A DNA stretch of 51,350 bases. Origin: Bradyrhizobium sp. Its GTDB lineage: Bacteria > Pseudomonadota > Alphaproteobacteria > Rhizobiales > Xanthobacteraceae. Under the pieces are notes generated by a model. It worked only from the letters and a program-made list of their open reading frames with translations, had not been told where the DNA came from and made no database searches. Where the stretch lies: NCBI GenBank assembly GCA_035295025.1, contig DATGJS010000120.1, forward strand, positions 1-51,350, given 5' to 3'. Position 1 is the stretch's first letter, and the number at the start of each line of letters is the position of its first letter. Position numbers and translations under genes: made by a program. Shown piece after piece: positions 29,520 through 38,796 of this stretch.

Positions 29520-30491
29520 TCAGTGCAGGCGCGGCGCCTTGAGCATACGCGCCCGGTCGATCGAAGTCAGCACGACGTCGAAAGTGACGCCCTCATGATG
29601 CATCGTCAACGGCACGTCCACGCCCGCGGGTCCAAGCGCCCAGAGCTTGCGGTAAAAGCTCGCTTGATCCGTGATTTTCTCGCCATTGATGGCCAGGATC
29701 ACGTCGCCGGCCTTGAGCTCGGCGCGCGCCGCCGGTCCTTTCGCGGAGACCCCTACTATGACGATCCGACGATCGATCTCGGTCGAATACATGCCAAGCC
29801 AAGGGCGCGCCGGTTTGTTGACGCGGCCGAATTGGCGCAAATCCTCGATCACGGGTTTCAAGAGGTCGATCGGTACCACCATGTTGACGTGTTCGGGCTT
29901 GCCGTCCCGTTCGCGTTCAAGTTGGAGCGAGCCGATGCCGATCAGTTCGCCGCCGGCCGAAATCAGTCCGGTGCCGCCCCAATTGGGATGGGCGGGATGG
30001 GTAAAGATCGCTTCGTCCAGCATATATTCCCAATAGCCGGCGAATTCCTGTTTGGTGACGATCCGGCTTGCCACCGATCGCGTGCGGCCGCCGACGCCTC
30101 CCAATACCACGCGGTCGCCGATGGCGGCCGCGGCCGAAGAGCCCAGCGGCAAGGGTTCAAGGTCGAGGGACCCTAAGGCCTGCACCAGGCCGAAGCCAGT
30201 CTCCGGATCGAAGCCGAGCGCGTGGCCCTGCACCACACGCCCATCGCCGATATGCAGCCAGACGGCCTCGGCCTCGGTGATCAAATAGCCGATCGTCAGC
30301 ACCAGGCCGTCGTCGATGACGACGCCATTGCCGGCGCGCTCGGTGCCGAGCGTATCGGCGCTGAAGGCATCCGGCGGGATGATCGAATGCAGGCCGACGA
30401 TCGAGGACAGCGCGCGATCGAGGTCGAAACCGTAATCGCCCGGGCGGGGCTGATGGGCAGCCGGCACCTTCCATTCAGTCAAAGAGGGCAT
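29520..30491 (-). CDS. S1C (HtrA-like) trypsin-fold plus PDZ protein with degenerate catalytic residues
   Basis: RAGNGVVI, LTIGYLI, HPNWGGTGL..GELIGI; PDZ GPAARAELKAGDVIL. Confidence 0.85.
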   Translation of the reverse strand: MPSLTEWKVPAAHQPRPGDYGFDLDRALSSIVGLHSIIPPDAFSADTLGTERAGNGVVIDDGLVLTIGYLITEAEAVWLHIGDGRVVQGHALGFDPETGFGLVQALGSLDLEPLPLGSSAAAAIGDRVVLGGVGGRTRSVASRIVTKQEFAGYWEYMLDEAIFTHPAHPNWGGTGLISAGGELIGIGSLQLERERDGKPEHVNMVVPIDLLKPVIEDLRQFGRVNKPARPWLGMYSTEIDRRIVIVGVSAKGPAARAELKAGDVILAINGEKITDQASFYRKLWALGPAGVDVPLTMHHEGVTFDVVLTSIDRARMLKAPRLH

Positions 30492-30687
30492 GAAAATCTC
30501 CTCGCCAAACGGCGCGCGCTGTTTCGCCGGGACGGGCGATGGCGGGTTCACAAGAATGAGCAGCCAATCTTATGCCGCAAAACCCGCTCGGGAAAGTCTG
30601 GAGAAACAGGCCGGGTCCGGTGTTGGATCTACCCCCGCGCGCGGCTTCATGGGCTCGCCGATCCGCAAGCCTGCCGATCCGCAAGCC

Positions 30688-31245
30688 TCATGGATCGAGT
30701 TCGGTGTCCCAATAGAGGTAATCGAGCCAGCTATCGTGCAAATAGTTCGGCGGAAACAGCCTGCCGTTGCGGTGGAGCTGATGCACGGTCGGCGCGAAGG
30801 GCTGCTGTTTTGGGAACATCCGCGCCTGCTGCGGCGTCAGACTGCCTTTACGAAGATTGCACGGGGAACAGGCGGCGACCACGTTTTCCCAAGTGGTCTG
30901 GCCGCCCTTGCTGCGCGGGATGATGTGATCGAAGGTCAGGTCGTCGCTCGCCGCGCAATATTGGCAGATGAAGCGATCGCGCAGGAATACGTTAAACCGG
31001 GTGAAGGCCGGATGGGTGGTCGGCTTGACGAAAGATTTCAGCGACACCACGCTCGGCAGCTGAATCTCGAATGTCGGGCTGCGTACCGCGCGGTCGTAAT
31101 GCTCGACAATATTAACGCGGTCGAGGAACACCGCCTTGATCGCGTCCTGCCACGACCATAGCGAGAGCGGATAATAACTCAGCGGCCGAAAGTCCGCATT
31201 CAACACCAGTACCGGCCAACCGCCTTGCGAGACATGTGCGTTCAA
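30688..31245 (-). CDS. HNH endonuclease (McrA-like)
   Basis: VLVLNAD, RDRFICQYC, DHIIPRSKGG, NVVAACSPCN; TTG start after GGGAG. Confidence 0.9.
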   Translation of the reverse strand: MNAHVSQGGWPVLVLNADFRPLSYYPLSLWSWQDAIKAVFLDRVNIVEHYDRAVRSPTFEIQLPSVVSLKSFVKPTTHPAFTRFNVFLRDRFICQYCAASDDLTFDHIIPRSKGGQTTWENVVAACSPCNLRKGSLTPQQARMFPKQQPFAPTVHQLHRNGRLFPPNYLHDSWLDYLYWDTELDP

Positions 31246-31417
31246 GTAACGCTCCCGGCCTCCATATGGCTGCGAAGCAGCGTGAGTTGACATACTACAT
31301 GCAGCGTGACGGGATTGTGAAGAGCATAGACGACCTTATTCTCCCGCCTTGGCCTTGGCGATCGGATTTGTGAAAGACGCTGTTGCCAAGGGAACAAACG
31401 GCGGGTTCGGCCAGTCA

Positions 31418-31490
31418 GAGCATGAAAAGATCGTGCTCAAACAAAGAGATGAGATCATGATGGGGATTTCACTTAATCGCATCATGATTT
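31418..31490. repeat. Double-hairpin interspersed repeat remnant
   Basis: GAGCATGA/TCGTGCTC stem and ATCATGATG/CATCATGAT stem; shares the GAGCATGA motif (reverse complemented) with 10226-10238. Confidence 0.6.
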
Positions 31491-31505
31491 AATGGACACG
31501 GCAAA

Positions 31506-33263
31506 ATGATTGCTCAATCCCGCTATTTTGAGGCGCCGCGCCGCTTGAGGGCGTTCGTTCGCGCTCATGAGACCAGTCTGGTCGTGCTGGCGGCGATGGT
31601 TGGCGCCGGCGGCGGATTGGTCGTGGCGGCCATGAGCGCGACGGTGCAGTTGTTCCACGTGCTGTTGTTTGACATCGATCCGCAAGCTCGGCTTTCGAGT
31701 CAGTTCAGTATCGAGCCCGCGCGCGCCCTGCTAATCCCGAGTCTCGGCGGGTTGTTGCTCGGGCTCGCCTTTCTCATGTTGTCGCGCTGGCGGCCGGCGC
31801 GCGAAATCGATCCGATCGAAGCCAATGCGCTGCACGGCGGACGGATGTCGTTTCGTGGCAGTACGATCGTGGCGTTGCAGACGGTTTGGTCGAGTGGCGT
31901 CGGTGCATCGGTCGGGCTTGAAGCGGGATATACCCAGCTTTCGAGCGGGCTTGCCGCCTCGCTCGGCCGCGGGTTTCATCTGCGTCGCGCCGACCAGCGT
32001 TTGATGGTCGGCTGCGGGGCGGCGGCCGCGATTTCCGGTGCGTTCGGCGCGCCATTGGCAGGCGCGTTCTATGCCTTCGAATTGGTGATCGGAGGGTACA
32101 CGCCCGCCAACCTCACGCCGGTCGGTATTGCTTCCGTCGTCGGCTATTTCGTCGCTCATGCCTTTGCCCCGCTGACGCTCGGTATCGGCATCGATTCGAT
32201 CGGCAATGTGCTTGGACGCGATCTCGCGATTGCCGCGCTGCTTGGGGTCTTCGCCGCGTTGTTCGGGATCGCCATCATGCGCGGGGTTGGCATCTGCGAC
32301 ACGTTGTTGTCGAGGGTCAAGCTTTGGCCGCCGTTGCGCCCCGCCCTTGGTGGCCTCGCCGTGGGGCTGTTCGCATTGCAGACGCCGCAAGTGCTGTCGT
32401 CGGGGCACGGCGCGTTACACTTCACCGGAATTGTCACGATGCCGCTTACCTTCATCGCGGTGGTGTTCGTGTTAAAGACGGTGGCATCGGTGATTTCGCT
32501 CGGCGCCGGCTTTCGCGGCGGGTTGTTTTTCGCCACGCTCTTTCTCGGCGCGATCGGAGGCCGGCTGTTTGCGGCCGGCCTTGAGGCGCTCTCGCCAGGT
32601 CTTCAGTTCGATCCCAACGTCTATGCCATCGTCGGCATGAGCGCGTTGTCGGCTTCCGTCATTGGCGGCCCGCTGACGATGTCGTTCATTGCGCTGGAAT
32701 CGACCGGCGACCTCTGGCTGACCACGGTCGTGCTGGTCGCCGTCATTATTTCGACCCAGATCACCCGCGAGTTGTTCGGCTACTCGTTCGCCACCTGGCG
32801 ATTGCACCTGCGCGGCGAAACCATCCGCAGTGCCGCCGACGTGGGATGGCTGCGCGACCTCACCGTGCGGCGGCTGATGCGGGCGGATATGGTCACAGTG
32901 GACGCAGACATGCCGATCGCCGAATTCCGGCCCAAATTTCCCCCGGGATCGAAGACCCAGGTGGTGGCCGTGGACGGCGCGGGCCATTATGCCGGTTTGG
33001 TGCTTGTGGCGGACGCGCATGCACCTGACCTCGATGCGAGCAAAACCTTGCGCAACATCCTTCATTTCCCCCGCGTCGTGTTGCATCCCGGCATGAATAT
33101 CCAGGAAGCCATCGCCGCCTTTGATGTCGCGGAGGCTGAATCGCTCGCCGTGGTCGAGAGCGGCGATAACACCCCGATCGGAATCTTGACCGAGGCCCAT
33201 GCGATGCGGCGCTATGCCGAGGAATCCGACCGGCGGCGGCGCGAGGTGGTGGGCGATGCTTGA
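31506..33263 (+). CDS. CLC family chloride channel/antiporter with CBS pair
   Basis: GASVGLEAG, GAAAAISGAFGAPLAG..AFE, GFRGGLF; C-terminal CBS domains. Confidence 0.9.
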   Translation: MIAQSRYFEAPRRLRAFVRAHETSLVVLAAMVGAGGGLVVAAMSATVQLFHVLLFDIDPQARLSSQFSIEPARALLIPSLGGLLLGLAFLMLSRWRPAREIDPIEANALHGGRMSFRGSTIVALQTVWSSGVGASVGLEAGYTQLSSGLAASLGRGFHLRRADQRLMVGCGAAAAISGAFGAPLAGAFYAFELVIGGYTPANLTPVGIASVVGYFVAHAFAPLTLGIGIDSIGNVLGRDLAIAALLGVFAALFGIAIMRGVGICDTLLSRVKLWPPLRPALGGLAVGLFALQTPQVLSSGHGALHFTGIVTMPLTFIAVVFVLKTVASVISLGAGFRGGLFFATLFLGAIGGRLFAAGLEALSPGLQFDPNVYAIVGMSALSASVIGGPLTMSFIALESTGDLWLTTVVLVAVIISTQITRELFGYSFATWRLHLRGETIRSAADVGWLRDLTVRRLMRADMVTVDADMPIAEFRPKFPPGSKTQVVAVDGAGHYAGLVLVADAHAPDLDASKTLRNILHFPRVVLHPGMNIQEAIAAFDVAEAESLAVVESGDNTPIGILTEAHAMRRYAEESDRRRREVVGDA

Positions 33264-34281
33264 TTTCTTTATTCGCCGATGCCGGCGCGGCCCGATCCGC
33301 GGCTGGCTCGCGGCTTTGGCGGCCGGCGTCGTGATCCTTGGATCGGTCATTGGTCCGGTTGCCGATGCGGCGCAACCCTATCCGGCTCGACCCATCACCA
33401 TGATCGTGCCGTTCCCGGCGGGCGGCGCCACCGACACGCTGGCGCGTTATCTCGCCGAACAGATGCGGCCGGCGCTGGGGCAATCGATCATTATCGAGAA
33501 TGTGGCCGGCGCCGCCGGCACGATCGGCGTCGGCCGCGCCGTGCGCTCGTCCGCGGACGGCTACACGCTTTCGATCGGCACATCGACCACGCATATGCTC
33601 ACCGGCGGCCTCTATGAGCTGCCGTTCGATCTGTTGAAGGATCTTGAGCCAGTGATCTATATCGGCAGCGAGCCGCTTCTGATCGCCGGCCGCAAAAACC
33701 TGCCGGCCGATGATTTGAAAGGGTTGATCGCCTATCTCAAGGAAAATCCCGACAGGGTCTCGGTCGGAATAGCGGGCGTCGGCGCCGCCGGTCATCTCGC
33801 CGGCATCGCCTTCCGCAAAGAGACTGGCACGAAATTTCAGTTCGTGCCCTATCGCGGCAACGCGCCGGCCATGCAGGATCTTCTCGCCGGCCAGATCGAT
33901 TTCATGATGGAGCCGTCGTCCAATTTCAGATCGCTGATCGCAACCGACAGCATCAAGCCATTGGCCGTCACCGGTCAGGCGCGGCTATCGGCATCGCCCA
34001 CTATTCCAACGGTTGACGAGGCGGGATTGCCGGGTTTCTTCGCCTCGCTCTGGTACGGGCTTTGGGCGCCCAAGGACACGCCCAAGGAGATTGTCGAGAA
34101 ACTCAATGCCGTTCTCCGGAACGTGCTCGCCGATCCGGTCGTCCAAAAACGGTTTGACGATCTCGGCATTCAAATTTCGCCGCGCGAGCAGCAGTCGCCG
34201 GAAGCCTTGCGGGAATTTCAGAAGGCCGAGAGCGAACGTTGGTGGCCCGTTATCAAGGCCTCCAACCTCAGAGGAGAATGA
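33256..34281 (+). CDS. Tripartite tricarboxylate transporter substrate-binding protein (Bug/TctC)
   Basis: YPARPITMIVPFPAGGATD, ADGYTL, VPYRG..PA, PTVDEAG. Confidence 0.92.
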   Translation: MLDFFIRRCRRGPIRGWLAALAAGVVILGSVIGPVADAAQPYPARPITMIVPFPAGGATDTLARYLAEQMRPALGQSIIIENVAGAAGTIGVGRAVRSSADGYTLSIGTSTTHMLTGGLYELPFDLLKDLEPVIYIGSEPLLIAGRKNLPADDLKGLIAYLKENPDRVSVGIAGVGAAGHLAGIAFRKETGTKFQFVPYRGNAPAMQDLLAGQIDFMMEPSSNFRSLIATDSIKPLAVTGQARLSASPTIPTVDEAGLPGFFASLWYGLWAPKDTPKEIVEKLNAVLRNVLADPVVQKRFDDLGIQISPREQQSPEALREFQKAESERWWPVIKASNLRGE

Positions 34282-34300
34282 AGCTGTTGAAAGGCGTGAG

Positions 34301-35158
34301 TTGGCTTTGACGAACGAAAACGAGCTGATATCTCAGGCACTGCAGGCAGCAAGCGAAGTGGCTGGTCGGGTCGCTGCCGGACGTGTCGAATCGATATTGC
34401 TGCACCATTCGCAACACATCAGCGTATTCTGGCCGTCGGTCGAAACCGTTGCCCGGATCGTTGTGCGCGCGGAGGAGGGTGCGGCCGAGCGCCTTTCCCG
34501 GGAGCTTGCGATTGCACGATACCTGACCGAGAGAAATGCGCCGGTCGTGCCGCCGAGCCCGATTCTTCCTGCCGGACCGCATTTTCAGGGCAAATTCGGG
34601 CTGACCCTTTGGCAGTTCGTTGCTCATGTGCCGGCAGATGGAGATAACCCGGCCCATGTAGCGGCAGCGGCGGTGGCGCTGTGCTGCATCCATCGAGCAC
34701 TCGCGGATTATCCCGACAGGTTGCCATCCTTCAGGTCCAAAATCGACAAGTGCCGCCTACTGCTGGAGGATACCTCATCGCTGCCCGCACTCGTCGATGC
34801 GGACCGCTATTTTCTGCTCACCACCTACGATCGCCTTATCCGGATCTTGGACAACTTGCCGATCGAGATCATTCCGATTCACGGCGACGCAGGCACGCAC
34901 AACGTATTCATTACCTCGGAAGGAGCGTGCTACACGGACTTCGAAGATGTCAGCCTTGGCCCGCGGGAATGGGACATCGGATGGCTTGCTGACGTCGATC
35001 TGGCTCCCCTCGAACCTGTAAATCGTGGCCGTCTATCGGTTCTATCGGACTTACGCAGCTTGTGCGTTTCAGTCTGGTGCTTTGCTAAATACCACATCAT
35101 CGAAAAGCGTGAGGCTGCACACTATCATCTGGGATATCTCAGAGAACGCTTTGGTTAA
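34301..35158 (+). CDS. Aminoglycoside phosphotransferase / choline kinase-like protein
   Basis: HGDAGTHN Brenner motif, TDFE, GPREWD; start uncertain (TTG 34301 or 34307). Confidence 0.8.
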   Translation: MALTNENELISQALQAASEVAGRVAAGRVESILLHHSQHISVFWPSVETVARIVVRAEEGAAERLSRELAIARYLTERNAPVVPPSPILPAGPHFQGKFGLTLWQFVAHVPADGDNPAHVAAAAVALCCIHRALADYPDRLPSFRSKIDKCRLLLEDTSSLPALVDADRYFLLTTYDRLIRILDNLPIEIIPIHGDAGTHNVFITSEGACYTDFEDVSLGPREWDIGWLADVDLAPLEPVNRGRLSVLSDLRSLCVSVWCFAKYHIIEKREAAHYHLGYLRERFG

Positions 35159-35209
35159 GCGAGCCTAGCGCGGCAAAAGCAGGGCGCGCGTTCGCCAAAA
35201 TGTGTCTGG

Positions 35210-36994
35210 TCACGTCGGATTGGCAGCTTCGGCGCCGCGCGGCAGCAATCCTTCCTCGATCGCCTTGATTTGCAGACTTAAGAATTTCGAATTGATGCGG
35301 CATTGCGCGAGGCTGCCGGCGATGAACCACAGGCCGTCCTGAGCGGTGCGGGTATACATGTTGCGCAATTCATAGCCCTCGCCAAATCCCCAGATCGGGC
35401 CAACCCGCGCGGCCATTTCGTCACCGAACAATTTCGCTACCTGAACTTCCTGCGGTTTGTATCCGGTCGCGAGCACGACGAGGTCGGCGGTCAGCGTCGC
35501 GCCGTCCTTCATTTGTGCGCCCTCGGCGACGAACGATTCGATATCTGAAAATTGCCGAAGTCCGACCTCGCGTCGCGCGACGAGATCGGAACAGCCGACG
35601 TTGAAATAATAGCCGCCGCCACGGGTGAGATATTTGAACTGCCAGCCGGTGCCGTCCTCGCCGAAATCGAGTTTGAAGCCGACGCGTTCGAGACCATCAA
35701 GCAATTCCTTGTCGAACTGTTTGGATTGCTCGGTCAGCATCTGGTGGGTTTTCTTCGCCAGCGGCAGCGGCATCGAGACCGCGATCAAATCATTATCTTC
35801 CAGCGTGCCTTCGCTATATGTCGCATAAGCGAGTTGTGCCGACGGTTCGATATTGGTGATCAGGGTGGGGTTGCGCTGAACCAGCGTCACCTTCGCCCCG
35901 CTCGCATAAAGATCCTGGGCGATATCGTGGCCGCTGTTGCCGGTCCCGATCACCATGGCGGCTTTGCCCTTCCACGCTTCGCCGTCGTCATACTGGCTGG
36001 AGTGCAAGAGAGTCCCTTCGAAATTCTTCAAGCCCGGCAAATCCGGCCAATTCGCGATGCCGCTGACGCCGGTTGCCATCACCACATGCTTTGGGTGCAT
36101 GATGCGCTCGCGGCCGTTGGCGTTGCGTAAAACGACCGACCAGCGTCCCTTTGTTGCGTCGTACTCGCCGCTCTCGAAGGAAGTCGTGGTCCAGAAGTTC
36201 AGCTCCATGGCCTCGACATAGGCTTCGAACCAGTTCGCCAGCTTGTCCTTGGGGATATAGACCGGCCAGTTCGGCGGAAACGGCATATAGGGCAGGTGAT
36301 TGACATGGACCTGATTGTGCAAGGTCAGCGCGTGGTAACGTTTGCGCCAATTATCGCCGATGCGCTTTTCGCGATCGACGATCAGCGCGTCGATTGCGAG
36401 TTGCTTGCAACGCGCCGCGATCGAAAGTCCGGCCTGTCCGCCGCCGACCACAAGCACGGTGGGATCGCGGCCGGCATAGGCGGTGGCTTGCTTGCGCTGA
36501 TCGAGCCAGTTCGGTCCGCGAAAGTCGCGCGAGTAGGATTGGCCGCGCGGTCGTCTCGATCCCAGTGGCTCTTCAAAGCCCTTCAATTCCTCAAGTGCGG
36601 TGAGAAGCGTCCAGGCTTTGAGGGTGTTATCGTCGCCGGCATCGCCGACCAGGCGAAGAATTCCGCTGCCGCGGCCTTGAATGGTTTCGAATTTGAAAAC
36701 CGCCTCGATGGTATCGGTGCCGGCGCGCTTCACGCGGCGTGGCGGCGCGCGGTCGGGATCGATCCTGAATAAGCGAGGCGCGGTGCGGGCCGCAAGCACT
36801 GGCAATTCCCGCAAGATGGCGCCGGCGCCACTGAGGGTTTGCAGATTCCAGCTCAGTGCCAAGGCATCCCGCCAAAAACTATCGGGATGAAAGAGCGCCG
36901 CCAGCGCGCCGCTATCGGGGTGTTCGAGGGCGCTTTCGAAGCGCGCGAGCCAAAGGTGGGCCGAATGCGCGACGTCGTCCGTCTTGTCCAGCAT
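35210..36994 (-). CDS. Flavin-containing monooxygenase (type II FMO-like, extended N-terminus)
   Basis: VGGGQAGL, GDNWRKRY, LLHSSQY, IGTGNSGHD, LATGY. Confidence 0.88.
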   Translation of the reverse strand: MLDKTDDVAHSAHLWLARFESALEHPDSGALAALFHPDSFWRDALALSWNLQTLSGAGAILRELPVLAARTAPRLFRIDPDRAPPRRVKRAGTDTIEAVFKFETIQGRGSGILRLVGDAGDDNTLKAWTLLTALEELKGFEEPLGSRRPRGQSYSRDFRGPNWLDQRKQATAYAGRDPTVLVVGGGQAGLSIAARCKQLAIDALIVDREKRIGDNWRKRYHALTLHNQVHVNHLPYMPFPPNWPVYIPKDKLANWFEAYVEAMELNFWTTTSFESGEYDATKGRWSVVLRNANGRERIMHPKHVVMATGVSGIANWPDLPGLKNFEGTLLHSSQYDDGEAWKGKAAMVIGTGNSGHDIAQDLYASGAKVTLVQRNPTLITNIEPSAQLAYATYSEGTLEDNDLIAVSMPLPLAKKTHQMLTEQSKQFDKELLDGLERVGFKLDFGEDGTGWQFKYLTRGGGYYFNVGCSDLVARREVGLRQFSDIESFVAEGAQMKDGATLTADLVVLATGYKPQEVQVAKLFGDEMAARVGPIWGFGEGYELRNMYTRTAQDGLWFIAGSLAQCRINSKFLSLQIKAIEEGLLPRGAEAANPT

Positions 36995-37038
36995 GGTTGC
37001 GACCTCAAAGCGTCTTTTCGCGCGCTATCTTTAAGAGG

Positions 37039-37785
37039 CTATACCCTTCGCGGCCGCACAGAAAGCGCTCCGGTCAATGATGACGCAGTGCGCTTGGGCC
37101 GTTTCGCCGTGTTCTTTGTTTTCGGCAAAGCCGTTTTGGCCGGTGCCATTACGCCTTCGCGCTTCTTGATCGCGCGGTAATAGGTCCACCACAAATGAGC
37201 CGCTGCGCCGCGCATGGGCCGCCACGGTTCTGCAAGGCTCACCGTCTCCCTTGTCGTGGGGCGCGTCTTCAGCCCCAATCCGATTTTCACCGCCTCCTGC
37301 ACCGCAAGATCCCCGGCCGGCCAGGCATCGCCATGGCCGAGGCAAAACAACAGATACACGTCGGCGGTCCAGGGCCCGATTCCATGCAGCGCCGTCAGTG
37401 TGTGATGCGCGGCGTCAGCGTCTTCATTGGCCAGCACATCCAGATTGATCCGCTCCGTGGCGATCTCGCGCGCGAGATTTTTCAGAGTCTTGATTTTCGC
37501 CACTGAGAGGCCGAGCCGGCCGAGCCGATCGGCACGGGCGCGCCGCAAGCTGTCGTGATGAAGGGGGTCGAAAGCGGCGGTGAGGCGGCTCCAAATGGCG
37601 GCGGCGCTGGCGGTGGAGAGCTGCTGGCCGCACACGATATGCGCTAAACCGACAAAACCGGGCTCGCGCCGGCGGAGCGCCGGCATGCCGGCGAGCTTCA
37701 GGATGGGATCAAGCCGCGGGTCTTGTTTGACGAGCGCGTGGATCGCGCCTTCAAGGTCGGCTTGGCTGTTGAGGTGGAGGGTCAT
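37039..37785 (-). CDS. DNA-3-methyladenine glycosylase II (AlkA/HhH-GPD) family
   Basis: GQQLS, LTALHGIGPWTA (HhH), PAGD, WRP.R. Confidence 0.9.
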   Translation of the reverse strand: MTLHLNSQADLEGAIHALVKQDPRLDPILKLAGMPALRRREPGFVGLAHIVCGQQLSTASAAAIWSRLTAAFDPLHHDSLRRARADRLGRLGLSVAKIKTLKNLAREIATERINLDVLANEDADAAHHTLTALHGIGPWTADVYLLFCLGHGDAWPAGDLAVQEAVKIGLGLKTRPTTRETVSLAEPWRPMRGAAAHLWWTYYRAIKKREGVMAPAKTALPKTKNTAKRPKRTASSLTGALSVRPRRV

Positions 37786-37822
37786 TGCGACCTAAAATCA
37801 TCACTTCTTGCGAAAGAGATCA

Positions 37823-38692
37823 ATGCCGCCCGTCTTCCGCTTTGCGCCCAGTCCGAACGGTTATATGCATCTCGGCCATGCCTATTCGGCGTTGTTGAAT
37901 TTCGATCTGGCGCGGCAAGCCGGGGGCGAGTTTCTGCTGCGGATCGAGGATATCGATCCGGCGCGCTGCCGGACCGAATTCGAGGCAGCGATCGATCACG
38001 ACCTTCGATGGCTCGGCGTGAGCTGGGAATCTCCCGTGCGCCGCCAATCCGAACATATGGCCGACTATCACGTCGCGCTCGAACGGCTGATGGCGCTCGG
38101 GCTGGTCTATCCCGCCTTTGAGAGCCGCGCCGAGAGGGCCCGCCTGATTGCGCAGCGCGAGCGACAAGCGCCGTGGCCGCGCGACCCTGACGGGGCGCCG
38201 CTTTATCCCGGTACGGCGCGCACGCTTTCGCCTGAGGCGCGTGAGGAACTGCTTTGCTCCGGCGCGCCCTATGCGTGGCGGCTCGATATGGTGGCCGCCT
38301 CTGCCCGTGTTGGCGAATTGAGCTGGCGTGAGCTCGGACAAGGTCCCGGCGGCGAAAGCGGGACTATTGCCGCGCGACCCGCCGCCTGGGGCGATGTGAT
38401 CATCGCGCGCAAGGAAATGCCGACCAGCTATCATCTCGCCGTGGTCGTCGACGACGCGCGGCAAGGCGTGACGGAAGTGGTGCGGGGGCAGGATTTGTTC
38501 TGGTCGACCGGCATTCACAGACTGTTGCAAGAATTGCTCGGACTGCCGCAACCCCTCTACCGGCACCATCGGCTCATCCTGGATGGGGCCGGGCAAAAAT
38601 TGTCGAAATCGACGCAAGCCACGGGCTTGCGCGAGTTGCGGGCCGCTGGTGCGACGCCGGCCGATATTCGCCGTCACATCGGCCTTTCTTAA
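37823..38692 (+). CDS. gluQ: Glutamyl-Q tRNA(Asp) synthetase
   Basis: RFAPSPNGYMHLGH, LRIEDID, YHLAVVVDD, VRGQDL, KLSKS; no anticodon-binding domain. Confidence 0.9.
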   Translation: MPPVFRFAPSPNGYMHLGHAYSALLNFDLARQAGGEFLLRIEDIDPARCRTEFEAAIDHDLRWLGVSWESPVRRQSEHMADYHVALERLMALGLVYPAFESRAERARLIAQRERQAPWPRDPDGAPLYPGTARTLSPEAREELLCSGAPYAWRLDMVAASARVGELSWRELGQGPGGESGTIAARPAAWGDVIIARKEMPTSYHLAVVVDDARQGVTEVVRGQDLFWSTGIHRLLQELLGLPQPLYRHHRLILDGAGQKLSKSTQATGLRELRAAGATPADIRRHIGLS

Positions 38693-38796
38693 AGAGCTTT
38701 GGATCGCTCGCTTGCGATGGGCAAGATGGTCACGCTCCAGCGTGACTTCGGATGCCCGGCCATGCCATGGTGGAAGGGGCCAGGATTGGGGGATTC

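Noticed and set aside
30688-31245. HNH endonuclease as a mobile or defence element
   Set aside because: Host-like codon usage, no flanking mobility signals; resembles the conserved stand-alone alphaproteobacterial HNH family
31277-31309. GCAGCGTGA direct repeat (24-bp period) upstream of the HNH gene
   Set aside because: Only two 9-bp GC-rich copies, compatible with chance; no match to the alphaproteobacterial LexA box GTTC-N7-GTTC
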